The notes below the pieces were generated by a model. It was not told where the DNA came from. It did not search any database and saw nothing but the letters and a program-made list of their open reading frames with translations. 50,446 bases of DNA from an uncultured Selenomonadales bacterium (lineage in GTDB: Bacteria > Bacillota > Negativicutes > Selenomonadales > Selenomonadaceae), in the NCBI GenBank assembly GCA_937915885.1, contig CALGGP010000229.1:1-50446 (forward strand). The letters run 5' to 3'. Positions 25,480 to 35,100 of this stretch are shown here, piece after piece. Position numbers and translations under genes: made by a program. Each line of letters begins with the position of its first letter. The stretch's first letter is position 1.

Positions 25480-26892
25480 TTAAAACACCGTCGTCAAATA
25501 CGAACGGTCATATTCCAAATTGAAATTGATCTCGCGCGCGGGCGAAGGCGGCGTGAAGTAGCAGCGGAAGTTGAGCTTGCCGTCCATCAGATCGGGCTCG
25601 CTGTTGTCCTCCTCGAGGAACGCTACTCGCCCGCCCAGGATCGCTCCCGCACTCACCAGCCCGTTCAGATACGTGTTCACGCTGTTCACCACACTCTCTA
25701 TGTTCCGAAGCGTGATCGGCTCATCGATCCGCGATTGGAAGTTCAGCACCAACGCCGCTTTCACGTAATCGAACATCCGACGCACGTTGATCCAACAATC
25801 CTTCGGATCCGTGCTCGACGGATAGATCGACGTCCGATTGCCCCACAGTTGCCACCCGTCCTGCCGCAACACCGTCACTATCCCTTGCCCGTTCAGATCA
25901 TTCGCCTCTTCCCGCCCAAAGTAGCAGTTCGTTCCGTCCGCGCGGATCATCCCGTCGATATACAGCGCGTGATTCGACGGCGAACGGAACGGGATATCAT
26001 TGTCCGCTTGCGCCACCTTCGACATCAGCCCCGCCATATGCGTCGACAGCCATTGGCGCCGACCGCCATATGAAACCATCGGATAACACACCGCCAGATG
26101 CGCGCTCGTCCAGCCGTTGGCGTTCTTCGCTGCCGCCGCTTGAGAGTATGTCCGCACCGTCGTCGTGTCCAAATCCGCTATCGCCAGCGCCGAAAAGTGC
26201 CCGTTTATATCCTCCGCCTTCGCCGCCATCTTCAGCCCAACGTCAGAGTACTGCGAAAAGCCCGGCGCTATTATTTGCCCCACCGTCAGCTCAAACCGCG
26301 GGTATATCTCCTTCACCAGCTCAAGACCTTTCGCTTGTCCGGTGTTCGCGTCCACTCCGCCCAGCACCGCCGCTTTCATCGTCTCCGACGTCATGTTCAC
26401 CGTGTTGTACGTCGCATGCAATGTCGTCGCCGTCGTCACCGTGCTCGCGAAGGTAAGCAGCGCTCCTTCGTCCGTCGCCGTGATCGTCGGCGTCGCTCCC
26501 TCCACCACGATCGTGTTCGCGATCAAATCGTCGTCCTTCAATTCGTATGTGTGATCCGCGCCAACCTTGAAATCTTTCGTGCCCTCGGACGTGTGCGCCG
26601 CCGACGTCGGATCGAATACGTTCACGAACACCACCGGCGCAATTTGGTACTGCCCGAAGAGCACCTCCATTGCCTCGCACAACGTCCACTTCCCCGTGTC
26701 CGTCGAGTAGCCCAGTTTCGATACCGCCTCGTTGTACGTCCGACACAACACCGGCTCATTCGCCCCTGCCGGATCGCTCGCCAAGTGCACCGGCGCCGTC
26801 CCTATCGCCAACGTCACGCCCGCCGCTTGCCGCGACAACGCTATCAAATCTGTCGCCCGCTCCGTCACGTATATTCCATGCCTGTAGCTCAT
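25480..26892 (-). CDS. Tail sheath protein
   Basis: It is about 470 aa with the sheath-typical N-terminus SYRHGIYVTE and C-terminal domain, and lies upstream of the tube gene. Confidence 0.85.
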   Translation of the reverse strand: MSYRHGIYVTERATDLIALSRQAAGVTLAIGTAPVHLASDPAGANEPVLCRTYNEAVSKLGYSTDTGKWTLCEAMEVLFGQYQIAPVVFVNVFDPTSAAHTSEGTKDFKVGADHTYELKDDDLIANTIVVEGATPTITATDEGALLTFASTVTTATTLHATYNTVNMTSETMKAAVLGGVDANTGQAKGLELVKEIYPRFELTVGQIIAPGFSQYSDVGLKMAAKAEDINGHFSALAIADLDTTTVRTYSQAAAAKNANGWTSAHLAVCYPMVSYGGRRQWLSTHMAGLMSKVAQADNDIPFRSPSNHALYIDGMIRADGTNCYFGREEANDLNGQGIVTVLRQDGWQLWGNRTSIYPSSTDPKDCWINVRRMFDYVKAALVLNFQSRIDEPITLRNIESVVNSVNTYLNGLVSAGAILGGRVAFLEEDNSEPDLMDGKLNFRCYFTPPSPAREINFNLEYDRSYLTTVF

Positions 26893-27371
26893 CACGAAAT
26901 TCTCCCTTCATCTTGCGCTTGATAGATAAAATACCGCGCCGTTATCTGCCCATAAAAAAAAGGCGCCGGTTGCACCTCCGCTATCTCCGTTTCCAATGGC
27001 TTGATCAGTCGATATCGCCCGCCTATCACCGGTTTGCTCAGCAATCGCAATCGGACGGTCTCCATCAGATTGAGCAGATCAACCCACGGTTCGTTGAGCC
27101 GACCGTCCTGCTCAATTCGCGATTCATCATACACTCCGAACGTCAACGTCATCTCCGCCGCCGTTCCTTCGATCTCGTCACTCACGCTCGCGCATTGCAC
27201 CGCTATCAACGGATGAAATTGCCCGCGCGGATCGTCGAGATGCGCCCGAGGAATGAATTGTTCGTAGACGCTGATCTTTTTCGGCTCGTGCCCGTCCGAC
27301 GCGAATTTATAATTCTCGACCGCCGTTCTGATCTCCGTTCCCAACGCCCGGATCAATCCCACCATCGTCAC
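26892..27371 (-). CDS. Hypothetical head-tail joining / tail completion protein
   Basis: Assigned only by its position between the head and sheath genes. It is translationally coupled to its neighbours. Confidence 0.4.
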   Translation of the reverse strand: MTMVGLIRALGTEIRTAVENYKFASDGHEPKKISVYEQFIPRAHLDDPRGQFHPLIAVQCASVSDEIEGTAAEMTLTFGVYDESRIEQDGRLNEPWVDLLNLMETVRLRLLSKPVIGGRYRLIKPLETEIAEVQPAPFFYGQITARYFIYQAQDEGRIS

Positions 27372-27955
27372 ATCATCGCCCCCATTTGCGCCGACAATAA
27401 TTCTTCGATCCTCTGCTGGATCATTTTCGCAGGCTGCGGCTCTTTGCCCGCCATCTCCGCTACCGACGGTCCGTAGAGTCTCTTAATCGGCAGCCGCGAT
27501 GCTCCCGTCCTCTGATAAAATCCATCGGGCATAGTCACGTCGCCCACTTCGCCGTAGCGCCACGAACGCGCCTTCGCCTTCGCGCTCATCCTCTTATATA
27601 CACTCCAGCCGTGCGCAAATCCGCGCTCTATCGTGCCGCCCTGCCCCTTGACGATCATCGCGTATAATTTTTTCCCGCGTCGAGGCAAGCCTCCGCGCGT
27701 CTTGAATTTGTCCAACGACAACCGCCCGCCGCTCACCTTTACCTGTCCGCTGTCGCCCCAGATTTGCATTTGCGTTTTGATCGCGCCCTTGTACGTGTAA
27801 CGCTCCCGCACTCCTTTGCGGATCAGCGCAGGCACCTTCCGCAGCACTCCACGCACCGCCCGTTGTGTACTCTGTCGCATCGCATGCCCTATGTGCAACC
27901 ACATCGCCGGCGTATATCCTCGAGAATACGTCAACCCAGTTATCAATCGGATCAT
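27368..27955 (-). CDS. Hypothetical neck / tail-component protein (basic)
   Basis: Assigned by position. The start has an ATGA overlap. Confidence 0.4.
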   Translation of the reverse strand: MIRLITGLTYSRGYTPAMWLHIGHAMRQSTQRAVRGVLRKVPALIRKGVRERYTYKGAIKTQMQIWGDSGQVKVSGGRLSLDKFKTRGGLPRRGKKLYAMIVKGQGGTIERGFAHGWSVYKRMSAKAKARSWRYGEVGDVTMPDGFYQRTGASRLPIKRLYGPSVAEMAGKEPQPAKMIQQRIEELLSAQMGAMM

Positions 27956-28290
27956 CGATACGCCCCCTTGTTCCCCGTCAGCACCAATCGACACACTCCG
28001 TATTCTACCTCCGCATGCGTCACATCATACCAACCGTCGTCGTATTTCACTCGATGCTTTTCGCGCGGCAATTCCTTTGACTTACGAAGAAAATCCTCCG
28101 CGCGGAACTCGACGATGATACTTTCGCCGTGGATCGCATCATAGTCCTCCGACTGCCGATTGCTCAACCGCTCCGTATATCGCCGCGCCGTCGAAGGCAG
28201 CAGCACTCCGTTGAGCCAGTGCAGCGTCGCTAATTCGTCGAGATTGAAGAATGTCGACAGGTCCGCGCGGAAGTCGTCCTTGAGCGTCAT
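27952..28290 (-). CDS. Hypothetical head-tail connector protein
   Basis: Assigned by position directly after the major capsid gene (ATGA overlap). Confidence 0.4.
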   Translation of the reverse strand: MTLKDDFRADLSTFFNLDELATLHWLNGVLLPSTARRYTERLSNRQSEDYDAIHGESIIVEFRAEDFLRKSKELPREKHRVKYDDGWYDVTHAEVEYGVCRLVLTGNKGAYR

Positions 28291-29345
28291 GATGCCACCG
28301 TCGCGTGCACAAAATCTGTCACGAAATTCGGCACCAACATGAATCGGCTCCACAACGTGAGCACACTCTGATTGCTCTCGAGAGAGGAAGTATAGCGCGG
28401 CACGTATTGCGCCGCATATGATTCAAACCGACCGCCTTCGCCGAGTAAAGTCACTGCCGCATGCAAACATTTCCCGCGCCCGGGCACCCCCAAAATAATA
28501 TCGTTTGCGCCGACGTAAGGAGTGAGCGTCCCGTCGTCGGCGGTGTAAGTTTCGTTGTAGCAGACGACCTCGAGATTGAGCGCCTCGATCCGTCCGACAT
28601 ACATCACATTCGGGCTTGTATATCTCGGCGTGATCGACGCCACCGCCGCGCTTTGACGGTTCGGGATCATCAGCCAATCGTAGAGCTCCTTGTTCTTGCG
28701 CAGGTAGCCGGGGATATTTTTGCCGACCACCATCAATGTTGGAACGACGCCCGCTTCTTCCTGTATTTTCTCCGACATCGATTGAAGATCGTCAAAGATT
28801 TTCGCCGACGTCGACGACCATGCCGTATTGATCGACGTCGTCATCTCCCCGTCCCAATCGAACGTCACCACATCCGACTTCTTCAATCGCCCGTCGTCCG
28901 CATACCCTTCGATCACTATTTGCCCCGTCGTCAACAGCGACGCCGCCATTTGATTTTTCCTGTTCGCCGTCATCGTGATCAGATCGTAGAGATCATCCGC
29001 TTGGATCTTCGCCTGCCGCTCCTCGGGCGTCACCGTCGAGAAGATCGGCATTTCTCCGAACGCCCGCTTCGTCACGTCCGATTGAGTCAGCACACGACGA
29101 GGCGCCAACAACGGCGGGCTGTACGTCCTCATGATCGAGCCGTCACGCCCCACATTCACTCCGCGCGCTCCCTCCACCACATACGGCGCTAATTTTTCAT
29201 ACCCGCGCTTGCGATATTCCATCAGCACCGTCGGTTGCGTCGATACTTCTATGTTCGGAAAAAACATGTCCGCCAAATACGTCGCCGGCGGTTTGATGTG
29301 CTCCGCCGCTTGAATTAATCCGATTGTGTCATTCATCGAGATCAT
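28287..29345 (-). CDS. Major capsid protein, lambda gpE family
   Basis: It is about 350 aa. The N-terminus IKPPATYLADMFFP...EYRKRGYEKLAPYV is typical of the Phage_cap_E family, and a gpD-like decoration gene precedes it. Confidence 0.8.
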   Translation of the reverse strand: MISMNDTIGLIQAAEHIKPPATYLADMFFPNIEVSTQPTVLMEYRKRGYEKLAPYVVEGARGVNVGRDGSIMRTYSPPLLAPRRVLTQSDVTKRAFGEMPIFSTVTPEERQAKIQADDLYDLITMTANRKNQMAASLLTTGQIVIEGYADDGRLKKSDVVTFDWDGEMTTSINTAWSSTSAKIFDDLQSMSEKIQEEAGVVPTLMVVGKNIPGYLRKNKELYDWLMIPNRQSAAVASITPRYTSPNVMYVGRIEALNLEVVCYNETYTADDGTLTPYVGANDIILGVPGRGKCLHAAVTLLGEGGRFESYAAQYVPRYTSSLESNQSVLTLWSRFMLVPNFVTDFVHATVAS

Positions 29346-29690
29346 TCAGATCACCTCCGTCAAAATGATGTTCTGCCGCCGCAGCTCCCCTTCGACCAGC
29401 CCCACATCGAACGCCGATTTGATCGCCGACCGATTGAATACTCCGTTGCCGTACACCGTAACCACCGTCACACTCGCCGCGTCCTCCGCCGCTATGTACA
29501 AATCCGACCCGACCGTGTCCGCCGTCGTCGCCAAATGCACACTCACGCCCGATCCGTCGTAGACGCCCGCAAGAAGCGCACCCCGCTCGATCGTCGTGTC
29601 GCTCGATACATGCGCATTGATCGTCCACAGTCGACTCCCGTCTCCTCCCAACAGACTGTCATAACTCGCGCCCGCTATCGTCCCATTCAT
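29346..29690 (-). CDS. Head decoration protein (lambda gpD-like)
   Basis: The 114-aa protein lies between the protease/scaffold gene and the capsid gene. Its Gly/Ala/Val-rich composition resembles gpD-like proteins. Confidence 0.6.
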   Translation of the reverse strand: MNGTIAGASYDSLLGGDGSRLWTINAHVSSDTTIERGALLAGVYDGSGVSVHLATTADTVGSDLYIAAEDAASVTVVTVYGNGVFNRSAIKSAFDVGLVEGELRRQNIILTEVI

Positions 29691-30529
29691 CTGCCATTCC
29701 TCCTGTTCGCCATCTCTACTACCTTCGTCACCGCCGTACGCCGACTTTCCTCCGCCTCCGACGTCGACGCCTTCACTCGCGATGCTCCAGACTTGACGTT
29801 GTCCTCGATCAGCGCATAAATCATGTCCGTCGTTTTGATCTCTGAACGCAACACTTCATTCTCCGCCTTCAATCGCGCGATCTCTGCCTTCAATTCTTCC
29901 TCCCGATCGCTACGTCCGAAGAACGCCGTGATCTTTTCAAGCAACGTCGCATTGCTCATCGCTCCCATCTTCAACAACTCCCGCTTGTTTTTATATCGCC
30001 CCGTCGACACCGCCAAGTGGTTGATGATCACCACGTCGCCCTTGTTTTCGACGGTCGCTCGCGAAGGAATAATTTCGTCCACCAAGCCCCAGGCAAGCGC
30101 TTCCTCCGCCGTCAACCACGTCTCCTCCGACAGCGCCGCCCGGATTTCCTCTTCCGATTTCCCCGTCTTGCCCACGTATACCTTGATCAGTTCGCCTTCG
30201 ATCGCCGTCAGCATCTCCAGTCGCCGCGTCAGCTCCGTCGACGGATAATACCCGTCCAACTCCAACATAGGATTGTGGATCATGAACAGCGCGTTTTCAT
30301 ACGAGATGCATTTGCCCGCGCACGCGATCACCGTCGCCGCACTCGCGCACAGTCCTTCGACGACGATCTCGACCGTGCCGCCTACGTAATTCTTCAGCCG
30401 ATTGTAGATCGTCAACGCCTCGAACACGTCCCCGCCCGGGCTGTTCAATCGCACCGTCACGTTCCCGTACAACGCCTCAAATTTTTCAGTCGTACGCTTC
30501 CCGATCTCCTCCGAGATGATTATCTCCAT
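29687..30529 (-). CDS. ClpP/S49-type prohead protease fused to a scaffold-like coiled coil
   Basis: The protease motifs LNSPGGDV, GLCASAATVIA (Ser) and MIHNP (His) are present. The C-terminal part is a charged coiled coil (EELKAEIARLKAENEVLRSE). Confidence 0.8.
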   Translation of the reverse strand: MEIIISEEIGKRTTEKFEALYGNVTVRLNSPGGDVFEALTIYNRLKNYVGGTVEIVVEGLCASAATVIACAGKCISYENALFMIHNPMLELDGYYPSTELTRRLEMLTAIEGELIKVYVGKTGKSEEEIRAALSEETWLTAEEALAWGLVDEIIPSRATVENKGDVVIINHLAVSTGRYKNKRELLKMGAMSNATLLEKITAFFGRSDREEELKAEIARLKAENEVLRSEIKTTDMIYALIEDNVKSGASRVKASTSEAEESRRTAVTKVVEMANRRNGR

Positions 30530-31970
30530 TCAGCATCGCTCCTTCCATTTTCAATTGCTCCAAGTTCCTCTCCAAATTCGTTCCCGTCAGCTCCGCCGCT
30601 TCCTTCTGCCTCGTCGACAGCCCCTGCTCGATTCGCAGCGTCGCCGCTTGTATCTCCTTGACGGGATCGAGTATGCCCAGCGCCGGTCCGTACCATTCGC
30701 ACTCCGACCATGCTCGACGTTTCAACGCGTCGTCGAAGAACGACGGCGCATCGAGCCGCCCGATCGCTACCGCCTCCGTCAAAAATACTTCGTAAATCGG
30801 ACGGAGAAAGTCTCGAACAAACCATTCTCGCCGTCGCTGGTACTCATCATTCGCTTGCAGCAATGCCGCTCGCGACGCGCTGTAACTGGCTTTGAACGAA
30901 CCGACGAGCACTTCGCGCGGAAGCCCGAGCGCCGCTCCGATCTCCGTCTCCAGCTCGTCCATGAACGTCCCGAATGTCGACATCGTTTGCCGACTGTCTA
31001 CCGATTTCACGTCCACTCCGCGCGGAAGTGCCGTCAACGTGCCCGTCCCCAATCGATATTCCGAGATGTCGAGTTCCTCATACTCCGACCGCGCTCCTTC
31101 GCCCAGCACGTCCTGCACCTCGTAATTCATCTCCGGCTGCGTAAAGAACAGCGCGAAATACGATTTGATGATCGCCGCCGATAACTCCGCCGTCGTGAAT
31201 TGCGCCATCTGCTTTAACGTCTCCACCACCGGCGCCAGATACGGCACCCCTCTATATTGCCCCGCGCGTATATCGTGACAAATTTGCAAGGCATTGGGGA
31301 AGCCCGACCGTCCGAACATCTCCACGCGCGCCCATTCCGTGATCCGCTCCCGATCGACGGCGTCATCAGGCACTCGGTTCGATACGTGCAACGCTATCAG
31401 CTCGCCGTCGTCGTCCACTTCGATCCCGTTCACAATCCGATTGCCGTTCGGAGCGCGCCCTTCGATCGAGCCAAGCGTCAAGTCTCGATACGGCGTCGAT
31501 ACCCGATTGCCCTCGAGCAGTTGCAGGCGAAGAGTATAGGGATTGCGGGGCGTGGGAGGCTTGCGACGGAATAAAACAAAGCAATCGCCATCGACCAAAT
31601 AATTTTCATAGGCAATGTGCTGCAGATCATAAAAATTGTTCCGACGGTTGAGATCACAATCGACCGTCGCCGCCCACAACCGGAACTCCTCCGTCGCGCG
31701 CTGCCCCCACTCCCGCGCCTCAGTCGCCGTTATTCCCAACAGCTTATGATTCGGGCGAGCGAATAATTTCAGCCCCGACCCGATCACTCCGCGCGAGGAC
31801 GCCGTGATCGCCGCCGACCCCAGCGCGGTGTTGCGCGCCAAATCGGCGGCTCGACTTCTCATCGTTTGCAGATTCAGATCGATGTCCGAACCCGCGCTCA
31901 ACCAGCGCGGCAACCATGCCTTGAGCACCTTCGATTGTCGAGATGCCGCTCCTCCGTCGTACCCGCTCAT
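30486..31970 (-). CDS. Portal protein, lambda family
   Basis: It is about 494 aa. The N-terminus ...SKVLKAWLPRWLSAGSDIDLNLQTMRSRAADLARN is typical of lambda-type portals, and it lies after the gpW-like gene and terL. Confidence 0.8.
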   Translation of the reverse strand: MSGYDGGAASRQSKVLKAWLPRWLSAGSDIDLNLQTMRSRAADLARNTALGSAAITASSRGVIGSGLKLFARPNHKLLGITATEAREWGQRATEEFRLWAATVDCDLNRRNNFYDLQHIAYENYLVDGDCFVLFRRKPPTPRNPYTLRLQLLEGNRVSTPYRDLTLGSIEGRAPNGNRIVNGIEVDDDGELIALHVSNRVPDDAVDRERITEWARVEMFGRSGFPNALQICHDIRAGQYRGVPYLAPVVETLKQMAQFTTAELSAAIIKSYFALFFTQPEMNYEVQDVLGEGARSEYEELDISEYRLGTGTLTALPRGVDVKSVDSRQTMSTFGTFMDELETEIGAALGLPREVLVGSFKASYSASRAALLQANDEYQRRREWFVRDFLRPIYEVFLTEAVAIGRLDAPSFFDDALKRRAWSECEWYGPALGILDPVKEIQAATLRIEQGLSTRQKEAAELTGTNLERNLEQLKMEGAMLNGDNHLGGDREAYD

Positions 31971-32188
31971 GGCACGAACACCGCACGCAATGTCCGACGC
32001 GGTTTATATGCGTCGTCGTCGAGCGTCACTCCCGACGCCAACAACGCATCGATCGTCGACCGTACCTCCGACAAATCCGCTCGTGTGAGCGATCTGCCCT
32101 CGAGCGTATATGATTGCCCGCGAAGGATCGCCGCCTCCGCACTCACGTATTGCCTCAACCGCTCCCTCTGCAGCTCCCTTACGTCCAT
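31967..32188 (-). CDS. Head-tail joining protein, lambda gpW-like
   Basis: The roughly 73-aa protein MDVRELQRERLRQYVSAEAAILRGQSYTLEGRSLTRADLSEVR fits the gpW pattern and sits between terL and the portal gene. Confidence 0.65.
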   Translation of the reverse strand: MDVRELQRERLRQYVSAEAAILRGQSYTLEGRSLTRADLSEVRSTIDALLASGVTLDDDAYKPRRTLRAVFVP

Positions 32189-33960
32189 TCCCCATTCACC
32201 GCCTTTATTTTCTTCGTCCTCTTCTCTACCGTCGGAGTCGGCTCCGTCAACGATCCCCAATCGATCTTCCTATACGACTTCAACGCCGCCAACGCGTATA
32301 CCCGACAGTCAAGACACTCCGTCCTCACATGCGTCGACACCGGCTCGTATGTCGCATACATCAGCCCGCCCGAACGTCGCCGCACCGCTCTCTCACTGTT
32401 GAGCTGTCGAAAATACGCCTCGTCATAGCTCCGCGCCAATCTCACGTCGTCGCGCCCGAAGTGGCAGTATTGCGCGCCGCGTTCCTTCACCGCCAGTCGA
32501 TTGTACACCGACGCCTTCCCTTCGTTCACTCCGAGCAACGTCAACGTCAAGCCTTTTTGATTGACCACCTTATAAATCAGCGCCTTGCCCACTCCGCCGT
32601 AGCCCTTGATCGCATACCGACCTTGCGTCCGACGGCAATACTCGTACACCGTCGACGTCATAAAGCCGCTGTCTACGAACGTGCGCGCGACCTTCAACCG
32701 CCGCTCCCGTCCGATGTATTCTCGATCGAGCACCAAATCAAGATTGAGCCACGTCCGATCCTCATTCGGCGACCCATATATTTTCCCGCGTCGAATGCCC
32801 CAACATTCCTCTCCTTCGCCCCACCCGACGATCTCATACTCCAGCCGATCCTGCTGCACGTCCACCCCCGCCGTCAACAGCAATACTCCGTCCGGCAGCT
32901 CCGCTCCGTAGTCCTCCAGTCGCGACAACCAACCGTCCGCCTCCTCCAGCGCTCCCGTCGGCTGATAGCTCAATCCGAACCGCGTGTTATACACGACCTT
33001 CTCCAGATCGGGCTTGCCGCGCGCCTCCGACCACTCCCGCATGATCTCACGCCAACTGATCCATGCACTCGAAAACCCGCTCACGAAAAAGGAGCGACAG
33101 CCCGTCGCTCCCGCATTGCACGCCACATATTTTTGCGGCGCCCGCTTCATCGTCAGTTCGTCGAAGGAGTGCCCACAGTCGGGACATATCCAATTGAGCG
33201 CCGAATTGATCTGATGATGAGCGATGGTATGAAATTCGCCGCAATTTGGGCAGGCGTGTCGCCATTCCTCTTGCGTGCCGAGCGCGTACTCCACGTCGAT
33301 CCTCGACAGCCCCTCCGTCGTCGGCGTCGAGAACAATCCGATCTTCCGATTCCAATACGTGGTGGTGCGTTTCGACGCTATACTCAACGGATCGCCTTCG
33401 GAGCCGGCGCTGATCGGAAAGCGATCAACCTCGTCGCATAGGAGAATGCGGATCGGACGGCTCGCCAAACCCGCCGGACTGTTCGCTCCCGCCAACACGA
33501 TCCGCCCTCCCACGTAGAATTTCGACAGCAACGTTTGATTCGCATTTCGAGTGTCGGCGGCGTCCTTCGTCCCGTAAAATAATTTCTTCAACGGTTTCGT
33601 CTCGCTGATCAATTGCGCCAGGCGGCTTTTCGAGAAATCGGTTGCCATCTCGAGCGTCGGCTGAATGAGCATGATCGTGGCGGGATCGACCTGCGCGAAC
33701 CGTCCGATCACATTCAATAAAACCTCCGACTTGCCGATTTGCGCCGCCGATTTCACCACTACCTTCTCGATCCCGGGCTCGGTGAACGCATTCATCACAT
33801 CGACCATATACGGCACGCGAGAAGAACGCCACCGTCCCGGCTCGGCGCTCTCCGACGGCAGCACTCGATATCGCTCCGCCCACGACGACACGCTCAACTT
33901 CTCAATCGGCTTGAGCCCGCGTTTCAGCGTCCGACGATGCAGTTCCTCTTTGCTCCTCAT
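32179..33960 (-). CDS. Terminase large subunit, lambda GpA family
   Basis: It is 593 aa with a Walker-A-like SAAQIGKSE, a Zn-ribbon CPNCGEF...CPDCGH and a C-terminal nuclease domain. The layout is that of GpA-type terminases. Confidence 0.85.
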   Translation of the reverse strand: MRSKEELHRRTLKRGLKPIEKLSVSSWAERYRVLPSESAEPGRWRSSRVPYMVDVMNAFTEPGIEKVVVKSAAQIGKSEVLLNVIGRFAQVDPATIMLIQPTLEMATDFSKSRLAQLISETKPLKKLFYGTKDAADTRNANQTLLSKFYVGGRIVLAGANSPAGLASRPIRILLCDEVDRFPISAGSEGDPLSIASKRTTTYWNRKIGLFSTPTTEGLSRIDVEYALGTQEEWRHACPNCGEFHTIAHHQINSALNWICPDCGHSFDELTMKRAPQKYVACNAGATGCRSFFVSGFSSAWISWREIMREWSEARGKPDLEKVVYNTRFGLSYQPTGALEEADGWLSRLEDYGAELPDGVLLLTAGVDVQQDRLEYEIVGWGEGEECWGIRRGKIYGSPNEDRTWLNLDLVLDREYIGRERRLKVARTFVDSGFMTSTVYEYCRRTQGRYAIKGYGGVGKALIYKVVNQKGLTLTLLGVNEGKASVYNRLAVKERGAQYCHFGRDDVRLARSYDEAYFRQLNSERAVRRRSGGLMYATYEPVSTHVRTECLDCRVYALAALKSYRKIDWGSLTEPTPTVEKRTKKIKAVNGEWT

Positions 33961-34414
33961 TCATAAACAGCTCCGGCTTATACTCCGATAACTCGCTCAA
34001 CCTTTCCTCCACTTCCCGATCGATCACCGACGCTATCTCCGCGCGGGATTTGCCTTCCAATTGCGCGCCCAATTTCGCCCCCAAGGATAAAAGATGCGTC
34101 CGAAGCCCGACGAGCTGTTCGATCATCACTGCTTCGACCGTCGTCGCCTCGTATAAGCGCCCTTCCTCCCGCGCCAACTTCAGCTCCGATATCTGCCTCT
34201 TTACCCGTTCGTGGATCGCCTTCTCTTTGAACAGATCCGCATCTTCTTTTGCCGCCTTCTTCGACAGGAAATAATTTTTGACGCTGTCGAAGAGGAAGAC
34301 GCCGCCCGACGTGTCCTTCTCGTCGCGGATCACCACATCAAGATCGATCAGCTGATTTATCCGCGCCGGACTTAAATTCAACGCCCGACCCAGCGCCGTC
34401 TGCGTCACCGTCAC
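33902..34414 (-). CDS. Terminase small subunit (HTH-containing); start uncertain
   Basis: An N-terminal HTH (TQTALGRALNLSPARINQLIDLDV) is followed by a coiled coil, directly upstream of and overlapping terL. No ATG exists in the plausible region, so GTG 34414 is proposed. Confidence 0.5.
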   Translation of the reverse strand: MTVTQTALGRALNLSPARINQLIDLDVVIRDEKDTSGGVFLFDSVKNYFLSKKAAKEDADLFKEKAIHERVKRQISELKLAREEGRLYEATTVEAVMIEQLVGLRTHLLSLGAKLGAQLEGKSRAEIASVIDREVEERLSELSEYKPELFMNEEQRGTASSDAETRAQAD

Positions 34415-34675
34415 TTCTTTTATATTGCAATTCAACTTCAAATTTATCACCAACCGACCAAAAATCAACCGCCGACTGCCATTAAGCCCCGTCAAATCAA
34501 CACACCTACAAAAATAGGGGCGTCTCACCCGCGCCCGCATACTCTCTAACTGCCGAAAGTACCTTTGCAAACGAAAAAGCCCCCGTCAACCGACGAAGGC
34601 TCCCCCGTTGAAAGTCGATGAAAAGACCAAGACCAACATCATTCGCAAGCCTATCATATCACGCCTGTCAAGCTG

Positions 34676-34709
34676 TCATTTACTATCATTTACTGTCATT
34701 TACTATCAT
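34676..34709. repeat. 3.4 tandem copies of a 10-bp unit TCATTTACT(A/G)
   Basis: The units are tcatttacta, tcatttactg, tcatttacta and tcat. They span the stop codon of the late regulator gene, upstream of terS. Confidence 0.9.
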
Positions 34710-35100
34710 CGGATAAAATTTTTTTCAAGCCGATCCGATGAAGTTTGAAGATATGACTGACGGAGCGACGGAGCGAATGAGCGATGGCGTTGAAACTGCA
34801 GCCGTCAAAATAACGAAAGGCAAGGACCTGCCGCTGGATCGACGGCAACGGCATCAGCGCTTCCTTCAACCGATTCTCCAGCTCGAGCAGCTCGAACAGC
34901 TTCCTCTCCTCCTCGGCGATCGCCGCCTGTATCCGCACGATGTTCTCTTCGATCTTCGACCGCAACGCCGATCCCTTCGGCAGCCCGTCGAGCATGGTCG
35001 TCGTCCGAGCCGCCTGCGCATACAGCCGCTTAAGCCGTTCGTCCAGTTGCTCCGACTCCCGACGCAACTCCTTCATCCGATGCAGTTCCACACGCGTCAA
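34696..35100 (-). CDS. Sigma-70 region-4-like late transcription regulator (DUF1492 / RinA-ArpU-type position)
   Basis: The C-terminal segment LPSIQRQVLAFRYFDGCSFNAIAHSLRRSVSHIFKLHRIGLKKI is a region-4 HTH. The N-terminus is a coiled coil. It lies just upstream of the packaging genes. Confidence 0.7.
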   Translation of the reverse strand: MTRVELHRMKELRRESEQLDERLKRLYAQAARTTTMLDGLPKGSALRSKIEENIVRIQAAIAEEERKLFELLELENRLKEALMPLPSIQRQVLAFRYFDGCSFNAIAHSLRRSVSHIFKLHRIGLKKILSDDSK

